The notes beneath the pieces were generated by a model. It was not told the origin of the DNA, did no database searches, and saw only the letters and a list, made by a program, of their open reading frames with translations. Positions 9,256 to 19,754 of a stretch of 64,000 nucleotides of DNA are shown piece by piece. Both the position numbers and the translations under genes were made by a program. Position 1 is the stretch's first letter; every line of letters begins with the position of its first letter. The stretch spans positions 6,614 through 70,613 of the forward strand of contig JAQIBP010000072.1 of NCBI GenBank assembly GCA_027858995.1. The letters are read 5' to 3'. The stretch is from Deltaproteobacteria bacterium. Lineage in GTDB: Bacteria > Desulfobacterota > Desulfobacteria > Desulfobacterales > Desulfobacteraceae.

Positions 9256-12200
9256 AGATATAAAAAAAATCCTGATCATTGGTGCAGGTCCAATTATTAT
9301 CAGTCAGGCCTGTGAATTTGATTATTCAGGAACTCAAGCCTGTAAAGCCTTAAAAGAAGAAGGCTATGAAGTTATTTTGATTAACTCCAACCCTGCAACC
9401 ATCATGACTGATCCTGAAACTGCTGACAAAGTTTATATTGAGCCTGTAACTCCTGAAACTGTTATCAAGGTCATTGAAAAAGAGAGGCCTGATGCTATTT
9501 TACCTACTCTTGGCGGTCAGACAGGTTTGAACACAGCCATTGAAGTAGCAAAAACAGGTGTTTTTAAAAAATATGATGTTGAGATGATCGGAGCTTCTGA
9601 AGAGGCCATCAATAAGGCAGAAGATCGGGAACTTTTTAGAAATGCCATGAATAAAATCGGCCTGCGAATTCCCAGAAGCGGTTTTGCTACGAATATGCAG
9701 GAAGTTGAAGAGGTTTCAAGACATATTGGCTTTCCCATTATTGTCAGGCCAAGTTTTACCCTTGGAGGAACCGGCGGCGGCGTTGCCTATAATATGGAAG
9801 AGGTTAACACTCTTTCAAAGGCAGGGCTTGATGCAAGTCTCATCACTCAGGTTATGCTGGAGGAATCCGTCCTTGGATGGAAAGAGTACGAGCTTGAAGT
9901 CATGCGGGATCATGCAGATAATGTTGTTATAATATGTTCCATTGAAAATGTGGATGCCATGGGTGTTCATACAGGTGATTCCATTACAGTGGCTCCTGCC
10001 CAGACCCTTTCAGACAAGGAATACCAGAAACTTCGTGATGCCTCCATTGCCATTATAAGGGAAATAGGAGTTGATACAGGGGGATCAAATGTCCAGTTTG
10101 CAGTCAATCCTGAAAACGGGGATATGATTGTGGTGGAGATGAATCCCAGGGTATCAAGAAGTTCAGCTCTTGCCTCTAAAGCAACCGGGTTTCCAATTGC
10201 AAAAATTGCTGCAAAACTTGCTGTGGGATATACTCTTGATGAAATACCCAATGATATTACAGGCAAGACCCTTGCCTGTTTTGAGCCTTCCATTGATTAT
10301 TGTGTGGTAAAAATTCCAAGATGGACCTTTGAAAAATTTCCCGAAACCACTGATATTTTAACTACAGCCATGAAGTCTGTGGGTGAAACCATGTCAATAG
10401 GCAGAACTTTTAAAGAGGCCTTTCAAAAGGGACTTCGTTCCCTTGAAATCGGAAGGGCTGGATTTGGAGCAGATGGCAAGGATCCGGCACCGGGCAGTGT
10501 TGCCGGCAATGAATTGGAGTACAAGCTTTCCACACCCAACTCACAACGCCTCTTTTACATAAAATATGCCATTGAACATGATATGCCGATCACCATGATT
10601 TATGAAATGACCGGCATTGATCCATGGTTTCTCAACCAGATGAAGCAGATTGTTGATCTTGAAAAACAGTTAAAACTTGCAGGCAAAGAGGTTCCAAAGA
10701 ATCTTTTTGAAAAGGCAAAAAAATATGGATTCTCCGATGTACAGCTTGCACACATTGCCAATTTGACAGACAAGCAGATAGAACAGACAAGGAAAGATCT
10801 TGGCATAGTCCCTGTTTACAAACTTGTGGATACCTGTGCAGCAGAATTTCGGGCTGAAACCCCCTACTATTATTCCACCTATGAAACAGAATGCGAAGCA
10901 AGGGTGTCGGACAGGAAAAAAGTAATTATCCTTGGAGGCGGTCCCAACAGGATCGGCCAGGGGATTGAGTTTGACTACTGCTGTGTTCACGCCTCTTTTG
11001 CCTTAAAAGAGGAGGGGGTGGAGTCCATCATGGTAAACTCCAACCCTGAAACAGTATCCACTGACTATGACACCTCTGACAAGCTCTACTTTGAACCTCT
11101 GACAAGGGAAGATGTACTTCACATTGTTGAGAAGGAAAAACCCTATGGTGTCATTGTGCAGTTTGGCGGACAAACACCCTTAAACCTTGCCTCTGATCTT
11201 CAAAAAGCAGGAGTTCCTATTATAGGAACCAGCCCTGAAAGTATTGACAGGGCGGAAGACAGGGACCTTTTTCAGGAGATGCTTGATAAACTGGGCCTGC
11301 GCCAGCCTGAAAACGGAATCGCTTTCTCTTATAAAGAGGCAATAAAGGTTGCAAGGGAGATTGGATATCCTGTCATGGTTCGCCCCTCCTTTGTCCTGGG
11401 CGGCCGCGCCATGAAAATTGTATATGATGAAAATGATCTTGAAGAGTATTTTAACCTGGCGGTTCAGGCCTCTCCAGACAAGCCGGTACTCATTGATAAA
11501 TTTCTTGAAGAAGCCTTTGAGCTTGATGTTGATGCAATCTGTGACGGCGAAAAAACCATTATCGGAGGTATGATGGAACACATTGAAGAGGCTGGCATAC
11601 ATTCCGGTGACTCTGCCTGCGTGCTTCCTCCATACTCAATTTCCAAAGAACATATTGATGAGATGTCAGAGGCTGCAAAAGCCATTGCAAAAGAGCTGAA
11701 TGTTAAGGGTCTGATGAATATTCAGTTTGGAATCATGAATGAGAAGGTCTATATTATTGAAGTCAATCCAAGGGCTTCAAGGACAATCCCCTTTGTATCA
11801 AAAGCAATTGGAATTCTCCTTGCAAAACTTGCAACAAAGATCATGCTGGGTAAAACTCTTGATGAACTTGGATTTACAAAAGAGATAATTCCAACCTATT
11901 ATTGTGTTAAAGAGGCAGTTATGCCCTTTGACAGATTTGATAATGTTGATCCGGTCCTGGGACCTGAAATGAAATCCACAGGTGAAGTTATGGGAATTGA
12001 CAAGGACCTTGGTGCTGCTGTTGCTAAAGCCCAACTTGCAGCCGGGCAAAAACTTCCAACTAAAGGAACGGTATTTATCAGTGTCCAGGATAAGGATAAA
12101 AAGGCTGCCCTGCCCGTTGCCAGGAATTTTCATGAAATGGGATTTACAATTATGGCAACAAAAGGAACTTGTATGTTCCTTGAGGATAACGGTGTTCCTG

Positions 12201-12472
12201 CAAAACTTGTTAAAAAAGTTTCTGCAGGCAGACCCCATGTTGTGGATGCCGTGAAAAACAATGAGCTCCAGCTTATTTTGAATACAGGCGCATCAAGTCA
12301 AACCAAACAGGATGGCTATGAAATAAGGCATGCTGCCATCCAATACAAAATTCCCTATGCCACAACAACAGATGGAACAAAAGCAATCTGCAGTGCTATT
12401 CAGGCCTTGAAAAAAGAGGAACTAAGTGTCAACCCCATTCAAAATTATCACAAGGAAAATAGAAATGGTTAA
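9242..12472 (+). CDS. carB: Carbamoyl-phosphate synthase large subunit
   Basis: [33 protein letters not shown]. Two ATP-grasp halves and an MGS-like C-terminal domain are present. The start overlaps the carA stop. Confidence 0.95.
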   Translation: MPKRKDIKKILIIGAGPIIISQACEFDYSGTQACKALKEEGYEVILINSNPATIMTDPETADKVYIEPVTPETVIKVIEKERPDAILPTLGGQTGLNTAIEVAKTGVFKKYDVEMIGASEEAINKAEDRELFRNAMNKIGLRIPRSGFATNMQEVEEVSRHIGFPIIVRPSFTLGGTGGGVAYNMEEVNTLSKAGLDASLITQVMLEESVLGWKEYELEVMRDHADNVVIICSIENVDAMGVHTGDSITVAPAQTLSDKEYQKLRDASIAIIREIGVDTGGSNVQFAVNPENGDMIVVEMNPRVSRSSALASKATGFPIAKIAAKLAVGYTLDEIPNDITGKTLACFEPSIDYCVVKIPRWTFEKFPETTDILTTAMKSVGETMSIGRTFKEAFQKGLRSLEIGRAGFGADGKDPAPGSVAGNELEYKLSTPNSQRLFYIKYAIEHDMPITMIYEMTGIDPWFLNQMKQIVDLEKQLKLAGKEVPKNLFEKAKKYGFSDVQLAHIANLTDKQIEQTRKDLGIVPVYKLVDTCAAEFRAETPYYYSTYETECEARVSDRKKVIILGGGPNRIGQGIEFDYCCVHASFALKEEGVESIMVNSNPETVSTDYDTSDKLYFEPLTREDVLHIVEKEKPYGVIVQFGGQTPLNLASDLQKAGVPIIGTSPESIDRAEDRDLFQEMLDKLGLRQPENGIAFSYKEAIKVAREIGYPVMVRPSFVLGGRAMKIVYDENDLEEYFNLAVQASPDKPVLIDKFLEEAFELDVDAICDGEKTIIGGMMEHIEEAGIHSGDSACVLPPYSISKEHIDEMSEAAKAIAKELNVKGLMNIQFGIMNEKVYIIEVNPRASRTIPFVSKAIGILLAKLATKIMLGKTLDELGFTKEIIPTYYCVKEAVMPFDRFDNVDPVLGPEMKSTGEVMGIDKDLGAAVAKAQLAAGQKLPTKGTVFISVQDKDKKAALPVARNFHEMGFTIMATKGTCMFLEDNGVPAKLVKKVSAGRPHVVDAVKNNELQLILNTGASSQTKQDGYEIRHAAIQYKIPYATTTDGTKAICSAIQALKKEELSVNPIQNYHKENRNG

Positions 12473-13907
12473 TCCCCCAATATTTAATCAAATGGCTGCA
12501 AGTGAACGCCCAAAAGATGAATGTGGTGTGTTTGGGCTGTTTAAACATCCTGAAGCTGCAACCATCACCTATTTTGGCCTTTATGCCCTCCAGCACAGGG
12601 GACAGGAGAGTGCCGGCATCTCGGTAAACAGAGGAGTAAATGATAAGATATTCTCCCACAAGGGCATGGGACTTGTTCCTGAAATTTTTAATATGGATGA
12701 TCTTGACAGGATTGAAGGCGGTTCTGCCATTGGCCATGTGAGATATTCCACCACAGGTGATTCTGTTATAACAAATGCCCAGCCCTTTGTTGTCAACCAC
12801 AGACACCGCTCCTATGCTGTTGCTCACAACGGCAACCTTGTTAATGCCCATCTCCTCAAAGAAGAGCTGGAAGAGCAGGGATCTATCTTCCAGACCACCA
12901 TGGATTCAGAAATTTTCCTTCATCTTTTTATTAAAAACCTGATTAAGGGCGATATTGAGAGTGCAATTTTACAATCTGTCTCTAAAATTGAAGGAGCCTA
13001 TTCCATGGTTCTTTTAACCTGTAAAGGTGAGATTATAGGAATAAAAGACCCTAATGGTTTCAGACCACTTGCCCTGGGAAAATTAAACGGTCATTATGTT
13101 CTGGCATCTGAAACCTGCGCTTTTGATCTGGTTCAGGCTGAATTCATAAGAGAGCTTGATCCGGGAGAAATTGTAATTATCGATGACGAAGGCATAAAGA
13201 GCATCAAACACCCTAAAGCTGCCAAACATAAATCTTTATGTATATTTGAATATATCTACTTTGCAAGGCCCGATTCCACCATTGACGGCAAAAATGTCTA
13301 TGAGATGAGAAAGGCACATGGTAAAAGGCTTGCTCAGGAGGCTCCTGTTGGTGCAGATCTTGTTATGCCTTTTCCTGATTCAGGTAACTATGCAGCCATT
13401 GGATATGCGGAAGAATCAGGTATCCCCTTTGAAATGGGAATGATTAGAAACCATTATGTGGGCAGAAGCTTTATCCAGCCCACCCAATCCATGCGAGATT
13501 TTGCAGTCAGGGTAAAACTCAACCCTGTAAGAGAGTTGATCAAGGGCAAAGAAATTATCATTATTGAAGATTCCATCATCCGCGGCACCACTGCAAAGAC
13601 CCGTGTCAAATCCCTGCGTGAACTTGGAGTTAAAAAAATACATATGCGTGTCTCCTGCCCTCCCCATAGATTCCCCTGCTATTACGGCATTGATTTTTCT
13701 TCCAAAGGAGAGCTGATTGCTGCTCAAAAGTCTGTAAAAGAACTTGCAGATTACCTTGGACTTGATTCTCTGCATTATCTCTCCATTGAAGGCATGATGG
13801 AAGCCTCTGGGGTAAAAAACCCGGAACACAACTTTTGCAAAGCCTGTTTTAACGGAGATTATCCTGTACCTTTTGATCCGAATTTTACAAAACAGTGTAT
13901 GGGATAG
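12465..13907 (+). CDS. purF: Amidophosphoribosyltransferase (propeptide, then N-terminal Cys)
   Basis: DECGVFGLF is the Ntn-Cys region, and the PRPP loop and C-terminal Fe-S cysteines are present. The ATG at 12465 overlaps the carB stop (ATGGTTAA). An alternative ATG lies at 12492. Confidence 0.92.
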   Translation: MVNPPIFNQMAASERPKDECGVFGLFKHPEAATITYFGLYALQHRGQESAGISVNRGVNDKIFSHKGMGLVPEIFNMDDLDRIEGGSAIGHVRYSTTGDSVITNAQPFVVNHRHRSYAVAHNGNLVNAHLLKEELEEQGSIFQTTMDSEIFLHLFIKNLIKGDIESAILQSVSKIEGAYSMVLLTCKGEIIGIKDPNGFRPLALGKLNGHYVLASETCAFDLVQAEFIRELDPGEIVIIDDEGIKSIKHPKAAKHKSLCIFEYIYFARPDSTIDGKNVYEMRKAHGKRLAQEAPVGADLVMPFPDSGNYAAIGYAEESGIPFEMGMIRNHYVGRSFIQPTQSMRDFAVRVKLNPVRELIKGKEIIIIEDSIIRGTTAKTRVKSLRELGVKKIHMRVSCPPHRFPCYYGIDFSSKGELIAAQKSVKELADYLGLDSLHYLSIEGMMEASGVKNPEHNFCKACFNGDYPVPFDPNFTKQCMG

Positions 13908-13908
13908 C

Positions 13909-14976
13909 ATGCAAAAACAAACTGTTGCATTTTCAAAAAATTCTTCCAACCTGTTTTTCCATATCCTGACAAAATGCAATCTTTCATGTACTCACTGTTA
14001 TATCAATAAAGACCAGCATGGAGTTGATACTCTTGATATTGGCACTATAAAAAAGTGGCTCAAACTTTTTGCAAACAGGCCTGTTTCAGATAAAAACAAT
14101 CCAAAGCAAGCCCTGATTAATAAAAATCCAGCTGATAAAAGTATGGTTAACAAAGCCGCCCAGACCAATGTTATTTTCCTTGGAGGTGAACCAACTCTTC
14201 ATCCGGATCTTCATCTTGCAGTAAAAGAGGCTAAAAGCCTTGGATTCAAATCCATTACCATTGATACAAACGGTTATCTGTTTAATAATATTCTTGATAA
14301 AATTTCCTGCGATGACATTGACTATTTCTCTTTTTCGCTTGATGGAGCAACACAGACAACAAATGATTCCATCAGAGGAGAAGGAAGTTATGACAAGGTC
14401 ATGGAGGGTATAAAGAAAGCTGTTGCAAAAAACTTTTCATGTTCAATGATCTACACTGTTTCTGAAAAAAACTTCCATGAGCTTGAATTGATGGAGGATT
14501 TAATTAAAAATCTTGGTATTAAACGATTTTTTATCCAGGTTATAGGCATGAGAGGCAAATCTTCCGGGAGCAAAGGCAATTTTCAGGTCTCAAAGGAAAA
14601 CTGGCTTAAAACAATCCCGAAAACAGCCAAGAAAATAGCAGGTCACGGCATTGTTGTAACCTATCCAAAAGTATTTCTTAACAATGACGAAACCTTTCAA
14701 TGTGCCGGCAATGTGGCTGATAATTTTTTTGTATTTCCCAACGGCAGAGTGTATCAATGCCCCATATGCGAAGATTTCCCTCTGCATTCCCTTGAAATCA
14801 GGGGAAATAAGCTGATCCCCACGCAAAAGATTAATGAAAAGGACCTTTTCAAATTAACCATTCCCGAAGGGTGTGTTATGAACAAAATGATCCAGCCCCA
14901 AAACCTCTCTTATAACAAAGTTGGAGAACCTTATCATCAAATCGCCTGCTGCATGCTTAAAGAGGAAATTTCATAA
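13909..14976 (+). CDS. Radical SAM protein with a Cys-rich (SPASM/twitch-like) C-terminal region
   Basis: CNLSCTHC gives the CX3CX2C motif, and C-terminal cysteines occur in CAGN...YQCPICEDF...GCV. The ATG lies 1 nt after the purF stop. Confidence 0.8.
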   Translation: MQKQTVAFSKNSSNLFFHILTKCNLSCTHCYINKDQHGVDTLDIGTIKKWLKLFANRPVSDKNNPKQALINKNPADKSMVNKAAQTNVIFLGGEPTLHPDLHLAVKEAKSLGFKSITIDTNGYLFNNILDKISCDDIDYFSFSLDGATQTTNDSIRGEGSYDKVMEGIKKAVAKNFSCSMIYTVSEKNFHELELMEDLIKNLGIKRFFIQVIGMRGKSSGSKGNFQVSKENWLKTIPKTAKKIAGHGIVVTYPKVFLNNDETFQCAGNVADNFFVFPNGRVYQCPICEDFPLHSLEIRGNKLIPTQKINEKDLFKLTIPEGCVMNKMIQPQNLSYNKVGEPYHQIACCMLKEEIS

Positions 14977-14982
14977 AATAAA

Positions 14983-15351
14983 CTATCGCACAGGTAAAAT
15001 TTCAAGCCAGTATCCATCAGGATCATTAATAAAATAGATACCCATTTCCTTGTTTTCATAGCAAATGCAGTCCATATTTTTATGAAGCTCATATGCAGCA
15101 TCAAAATCATGAGTCCTGAAAGCAATATGAAATTCTTCATCTCCGAGGTCATAGGGTCTGTCCATGGCTTTTAGCCAGGTGAGTTCAAGTTTCATAGAAG
15201 AGGCTTCATCTCTTAGAAAAACAATGATAAAACTGCCATCCGGGGCATTTGTACGTCTCTCTTCCTTAAGCCCCAAAGCTTTTTCATAAAACAAAAGGCT
15301 TTTATCAAGATCAAGTACATTAATATTAAAATGATCAATTACGAATTTCAT
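14983..15351 (-). CDS. VOC/glyoxalase I-family protein
   Basis: MKFVIDHFNINVLDLDKSLLFYEKALGL... and the ~120 aa size fit this family. Confidence 0.8.
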   Translation of the reverse strand: MKFVIDHFNINVLDLDKSLLFYEKALGLKEERRTNAPDGSFIIVFLRDEASSMKLELTWLKAMDRPYDLGDEEFHIAFRTHDFDAAYELHKNMDCICYENKEMGIYFINDPDGYWLEILPVR

Positions 15352-15600
15352 ATCAAATTTCCTTCCGTGTTTTTTTTACTCATATATACAGTCTCCTTTA
15401 TTATAACTATTGTCATAACATTACTAAAAATTGCAATTTTGTTCTACAAAATAAATAAGTTTTGAAAACCTTTTTTTTATTGGAGGAGATATTAATTTGA
15501 AAAATAATTCTATACCATGTCAGGAGCAAAGATAGCAAAATAAAATGGCATGTGGAATTACTCACCTCGCTCAACAGGCATAATGAGGCAATTTGGCCCA

Positions 15601-16920
15601 CTATTCTATTCCCTTACAACATGTCTCTTTGGTAAAAAACAGAATTATTGTGGATAAAATAACCCATCCCATCATGGGGATAAAAGCATATTCATATGCA
15701 TTGAGAGAATAAAATCTTACTTGGTTGACCATTTCCCCTGACCAATATATATCAAGAATTTTACCCACAACAGGTTGGAGCAGCATAGGTCCCATCATAA
15801 CACCCATATTTATTAGACCGGAAACCGTTCCAGACAAATACCTGGGAACAGATTCCATAACAAAGGCAAAGCTGATAATCATACAACCGGAACAAAATCC
15901 GGTAATCCAAAGGATAACGACCAAAGGATAAAAAGGGAGAGTTTCCATAAAAAGGATGAATGACCATCCTAAAGTTACCGCCATAGCTCCCACAATATAA
16001 ATGGGCTTGCGTTTCCCCAGTCGATCGGAGAACCATCCGAAAAAAGGCCCTCCCATAGCCCATCCAATAAGCAGGCAAGATGTAAGAGACGCTGCCTTGG
16101 TTGGATTCAATTGATGATGCGAGACAAGAAAAGGTACGCCCCAAAGTCCTGAAAAAGTCAGACCACAACCCACAATTCCGCCGGGGATAATAAACAACAA
16201 CAAGGTATTTCGATATTGCAGAACCTTGAAAAGATTCTGCCAGGTTCCTTTGAAAGATAATGCTTTAGATTGGGGAATGCTGTCAGTAAATCCAGAATAC
16301 CCTTTTTCCTGAGGCCTGTCCCGGACAATTAACCAGATAATACATCCCAGCACAAGAGTTATCAGTCCGCTTACAAAAATCACACTTCTCCAGTTAAAGG
16401 TATCAATAAGAAATCTTAAAGGAGGCCCTGCGGTTATAGCTCCAATCAATCCTATAGATAATGCATTACCAGCAACAAAGGCATATAATTTTTTAGGGAA
16501 CCAGGAAGAAGATAATTTTAAAAGGCCTACAAAGGCAACAGCCACGGAGCCGCCAATAAGAAACCGACCAAGTCCTGCTCCAATGAATCCCGGAGAAATT
16601 GAGAATAAAAGAGTTCCTATTCCTGCCACGATACAGCCAGCTGTTAAAAGCTTTCTAGGCCCAAGTGTATCTGCCAGAATTCCTGTGGGAATCTGCATGG
16701 CAACATAAGAATAAAAATAGAGGGCGGACAAATTACCCAAACCTGAAGCGGAAATTTGAAAATCCTGCATTAATTCCTGAGTCATAACTGCCGGAGCTAC
16801 TCGCTGAAAAAAGCCAATAAGATAAAAAAGGGCTCCCAGGCCCCAGATAAACCATGCCAAAGACATGGGAGGTCGATGTCTTGTATCGCTCCTGTTAAAA
16901 TGTCCCTTTTTATTTTTCAT
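15601..16920 (-). CDS. MFS transporter
   Basis: About 12 predicted hydrophobic helices, with GILADTLGPRK as the MFS loop 2-3 motif. The start is set at the ATG at 16920 (MKNKKGH...). Confidence 0.8.
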   Translation of the reverse strand: MKNKKGHFNRSDTRHRPPMSLAWFIWGLGALFYLIGFFQRVAPAVMTQELMQDFQISASGLGNLSALYFYSYVAMQIPTGILADTLGPRKLLTAGCIVAGIGTLLFSISPGFIGAGLGRFLIGGSVAVAFVGLLKLSSSWFPKKLYAFVAGNALSIGLIGAITAGPPLRFLIDTFNWRSVIFVSGLITLVLGCIIWLIVRDRPQEKGYSGFTDSIPQSKALSFKGTWQNLFKVLQYRNTLLLFIIPGGIVGCGLTFSGLWGVPFLVSHHQLNPTKAASLTSCLLIGWAMGGPFFGWFSDRLGKRKPIYIVGAMAVTLGWSFILFMETLPFYPLVVILWITGFCSGCMIISFAFVMESVPRYLSGTVSGLINMGVMMGPMLLQPVVGKILDIYWSGEMVNQVRFYSLNAYEYAFIPMMGWVILSTIILFFTKETCCKGIE

Positions 16921-17086
16921 CAAGGCTTCTATATAACACAGTTCAGATTTGATCAATAAAAGAATTGGAAAAACCATGCAAAACAACGTAAAGATAATAA
17001 TATAAAGGAACAGGGTCAGGTCTTCTGACCCCTGATCTTCCATTATTTAGGGCTTGTAAGTCCACTGGACTTTGAGTATAGATATA

Positions 17087-17126
17087 ATCAGAAAACATAC
17101 GAAAATGCAGCATGAATTTGTGTCTA
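17087..17126 (+). repeat. 40-nt repeat, copy 1, abutting the helicase stop codon
   Basis: Its reverse complement matches 62463-62502 at 39 of 40 positions. Confidence 0.8.
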
Positions 17127-18359
17127 TTTCTTTTTTCTCTTTTTTCTCTTTTTTCCCCACTCTTCCTGCTCTATGATTAAATCCTGGACACTTTGGGTCT
17201 CATTGGAAAGGATAATAGTGTGGGAATACTCTTTTTTACTTATGGATATGGTTTCGATATCTTTATTTAAAAATAATTCAATATCTTTAAGCTGTTCTTT
17301 CTCCTCTTTACTGCAAAAGGAGATGGCAATGCCTTTCTTAACTCCCCGTCCGGTTCTTCCTACCCTGTGAACATAATTTTCCTTTTTTTCGGGAAGGTCA
17401 TAATTTATGACATAATGGACATCTGAAATATCAATCCCTCTGGCACTTACATCAGTTGCAATGAGTATATTTATCTCCCCTTTTTTAAAAGCCTCCATCA
17501 CATTTGTTCTCTCTTTCTGGACTTTTTCACCATGAAGTGTTGAGGCCTTTATGTCACCTCTTTCAAGTGCTTTTGCCACCCGTTCCGCCCTGACCCTGGT
17601 CCGGACAAAAACAATTATTTTTGCTTCTGGATTATCCCGGATAAATCTTCGTAAAAAAAAGCGTTTATCATCCATTTCAACAAACATTACAAAATGGGTC
17701 ACATTTTTGGAAACCGGATCTTCAGGAGAGATTTGAATTCTTATGGCAGAAGATTTAACCTGGAAAAAAGCAAGTTTTTTAATTGTTTTATTAATAGTGG
17801 CTGAAAAAAACAGGGTTTGATGTTTTTTAAACAGCTTTTTTTTTATGGCTTTAATATCATTGATAAATCCAAGATCAAGCATCTGATCGGCCTCATCAAG
17901 AACAAGGGTATCCACATGTTTCACGCTGACAACCTTCTGGCTGATGAGATCAAACATCCGCCCCGGGGTTGCCACAAGAATATCAATACCGTCTTTAAGC
18001 TTCTTAATCTGGGGATCCTGCTCAACGCCTCCGTAAACTGCAAAGGATTTTACTTTAGTGTGTTTTGAAAAGTCATAAAAAACTCTGCCTATCTGGTCAG
18101 CCAGCTCCCTTGTGGGTACCATAATAATACATTGAATACCCCAGGAGCGTTGTGAACTTTTTATTCTGTGAATCTTATCAATAATTGGAATGGCAAATGC
18201 TGCTGTTTTCCCTGTGCCTGTCTGGGCAATTGCAAGCACATCTTCTCCTTTCATTATAGAAGGAATGGCTTTATACTGGATATCTGTAGGTCGTTTAAAT
18301 CCAAGGTCTGACAAATTTCTCTTTATGGCCGTTGAGATGTGATACGTTTCAAATTTCAT
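17124..18359 (-). CDS. DEAD-box ATP-dependent RNA helicase with a Lys-rich tail
   Basis: The Q-motif region, AQTGTGKT, DEAD (VLDEADQMLD), SAT and HRVGRTGR motifs are all present. Confidence 0.9.
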   Translation of the reverse strand: MKFETYHISTAIKRNLSDLGFKRPTDIQYKAIPSIMKGEDVLAIAQTGTGKTAAFAIPIIDKIHRIKSSQRSWGIQCIIMVPTRELADQIGRVFYDFSKHTKVKSFAVYGGVEQDPQIKKLKDGIDILVATPGRMFDLISQKVVSVKHVDTLVLDEADQMLDLGFINDIKAIKKKLFKKHQTLFFSATINKTIKKLAFFQVKSSAIRIQISPEDPVSKNVTHFVMFVEMDDKRFFLRRFIRDNPEAKIIVFVRTRVRAERVAKALERGDIKASTLHGEKVQKERTNVMEAFKKGEINILIATDVSARGIDISDVHYVINYDLPEKKENYVHRVGRTGRGVKKGIAISFCSKEEKEQLKDIELFLNKDIETISISKKEYSHTIILSNETQSVQDLIIEQEEWGKKRKKRKKK

Positions 18360-18371
18360 GGAATCCTGCGT

Positions 18372-18515
18372 AACAGGCTGTTACAAAATGCTAATTTCTC
18401 CAGTTTCGGCGTTGGAAGAATAAAGTTGATCCTCGAAATACTGCTTGTATGCCTGTGGTCAAATTTATTTTCCGCCTTGAACTTGAAAAAATTATCTATT
18501 CTGTAACAGCCTGTT
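18372..18515. repeat. Nested-palindromic ~144-nt element, copy A (MITE-like or structured RNA). Its 14-bp termini are AACAGGCTGTTACA / TGTAACAGCCTGTT.
   Basis: About 85 percent identical by eye to 47906-48048, including a 33-nt identical core. It begins 13 nt upstream of the helicase ATG. Confidence 0.8.
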
Positions 18516-18778
18516 GATTTAAATTAAAGTTTTAAGATACTTAGAAATTGTATAAAATGCAACAGGCATTATTTACTTTTAGCCTTTTTTTCCTATATTT
18601 TGTGTTATGACAAAAAGAGAAATTGACTTGACTTGACCTTTTGAGAAAAGTATCAATAAAAATCAGGCAGAGGTTATGTTTTATTAAAAGAGCCTATATT
18701 AAAAGCATGCGGTTCAGTTAACTTTATATTGTAAATTAATATAGATAAAATAGAATCAATTAAATTAAAGGTGATAAA

Positions 18779-19204
18779 ATGACAGAGACAATTTTTGCGT
18801 TCCTTAATAGTGTTGGTTTTACCCATCCTCTTCATCCTGCATTGACTCATATCCCCATGGGAATGGTCATGGGAGCAGTAGTATTCAGGATGGCTTCTTT
18901 TTTGCCCAAAATGAAACATCTTGCAAAGACAGGTTATCATTGTGTGATCTTAGGGCTTCTCGGTATTCCTCCAACTGTATTTGCAGGCTATCTTGACTGG
19001 CAGCATACCTATAGAGGTGAGTGGGAATTTTTAATTATCCTGAAAATAATACTTACAGGGATACTGACCATTACCCTGGCTGCCATTGCAATAATGGATG
19101 ATCCACAGGATACCAGATTTGACAAATTAACACTGTTCTATATTCTAACTTTTATTATGGCAGCAGGACTTGGCTTTTCAGGCGGAGAGATTCAATCTGG
19201 ATAA
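18779..19204 (+). CDS. DUF2231-like integral membrane protein
   Basis: Four hydrophobic helices, with HPLHPALTHIPMG and GYLDWQ motifs. It is a paralogue of the N-terminal domain of 26111-26821. Confidence 0.6.
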   Translation: MTETIFAFLNSVGFTHPLHPALTHIPMGMVMGAVVFRMASFLPKMKHLAKTGYHCVILGLLGIPPTVFAGYLDWQHTYRGEWEFLIILKIILTGILTITLAAIAIMDDPQDTRFDKLTLFYILTFIMAAGLGFSGGEIQSG

Positions 19205-19217
19205 AGGAGTAATTTTG

Positions 19218-19505
19218 ATGAAAAAAAATCTGTTTTTAATTTTATCAGTGATTATACTATCTTTAATGCTGCCTGTTTTTGCTTCTTCCATGGATTACAA
19301 CCACAAACTTGAAATGGACGATATGCAGTTTTCCTCGACAATTGAAGGGGATAAAATCCATGTAAAACTCACTTGCAGAGACAACAGGCTGGGTGGCAAA
19401 AATGATATATTAAATCCAGCAGTGACCAGTAAAATAATGCTGGCTTATGAAAGTGGCAGAGACTCATTTAAGAAACGGCATCACCACAGGAGTATCCTTT
19501 GTTGA
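19218..19505 (+). CDS. Hypothetical secreted protein
   Basis: The signal peptide is MKKNLFLILSVIILSLMLPVFASS and GGAG lies upstream of the ATG. Its 3' end overlaps the next ORF by 59 nt. Confidence 0.4.
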   Translation: MKKNLFLILSVIILSLMLPVFASSMDYNHKLEMDDMQFSSTIEGDKIHVKLTCRDNRLGGKNDILNPAVTSKIMLAYESGRDSFKKRHHHRSILC

Positions 19506-19686
19506 TCTTGGGAACCTGAATGTATGGATAACCCACTCTATTGCCACTATAAAAGGATCGCTGGTTCTAATGTTTTTCATGCATATGAAATATGAGGGGA
19601 AGGCGCTTATATTATCATTTATAGGTACAATATTCTTTCTAACTATCATGATCAGTTTTACATTCTGGAATGTTGCCTTCAGGTGA
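19447..19686 (+). CDS. Cytochrome c oxidase subunit IV (COX4_pro)-like small membrane protein, apparently lacking the first helix
   Basis: VSFVDLGNLNVWITHSIATIKGSLVLMFFMHMKYEG resembles the prokaryotic subunit IV signature (...KA.LV...FMHLK.E). There is no obvious SD sequence. Confidence 0.45.
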   Translation: MKVAETHLRNGITTGVSFVDLGNLNVWITHSIATIKGSLVLMFFMHMKYEGKALILSFIGTIFFLTIMISFTFWNVAFR

Positions 19687-19754
19687 GAAGATATGCACAG
19701 GTTGTGCTGCCATTGATGTTGCTCGATCCGGCATATGGCAATTGATAGGGGCAT

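Noticed and set aside
9517-12254. Numerous 60-146 aa ORFs on both strands within carB (for example 9967-10293, 11180-11602, 11798-12238)
   Set aside because: They are shadow ORFs of a very well supported 1078-aa carB frame.
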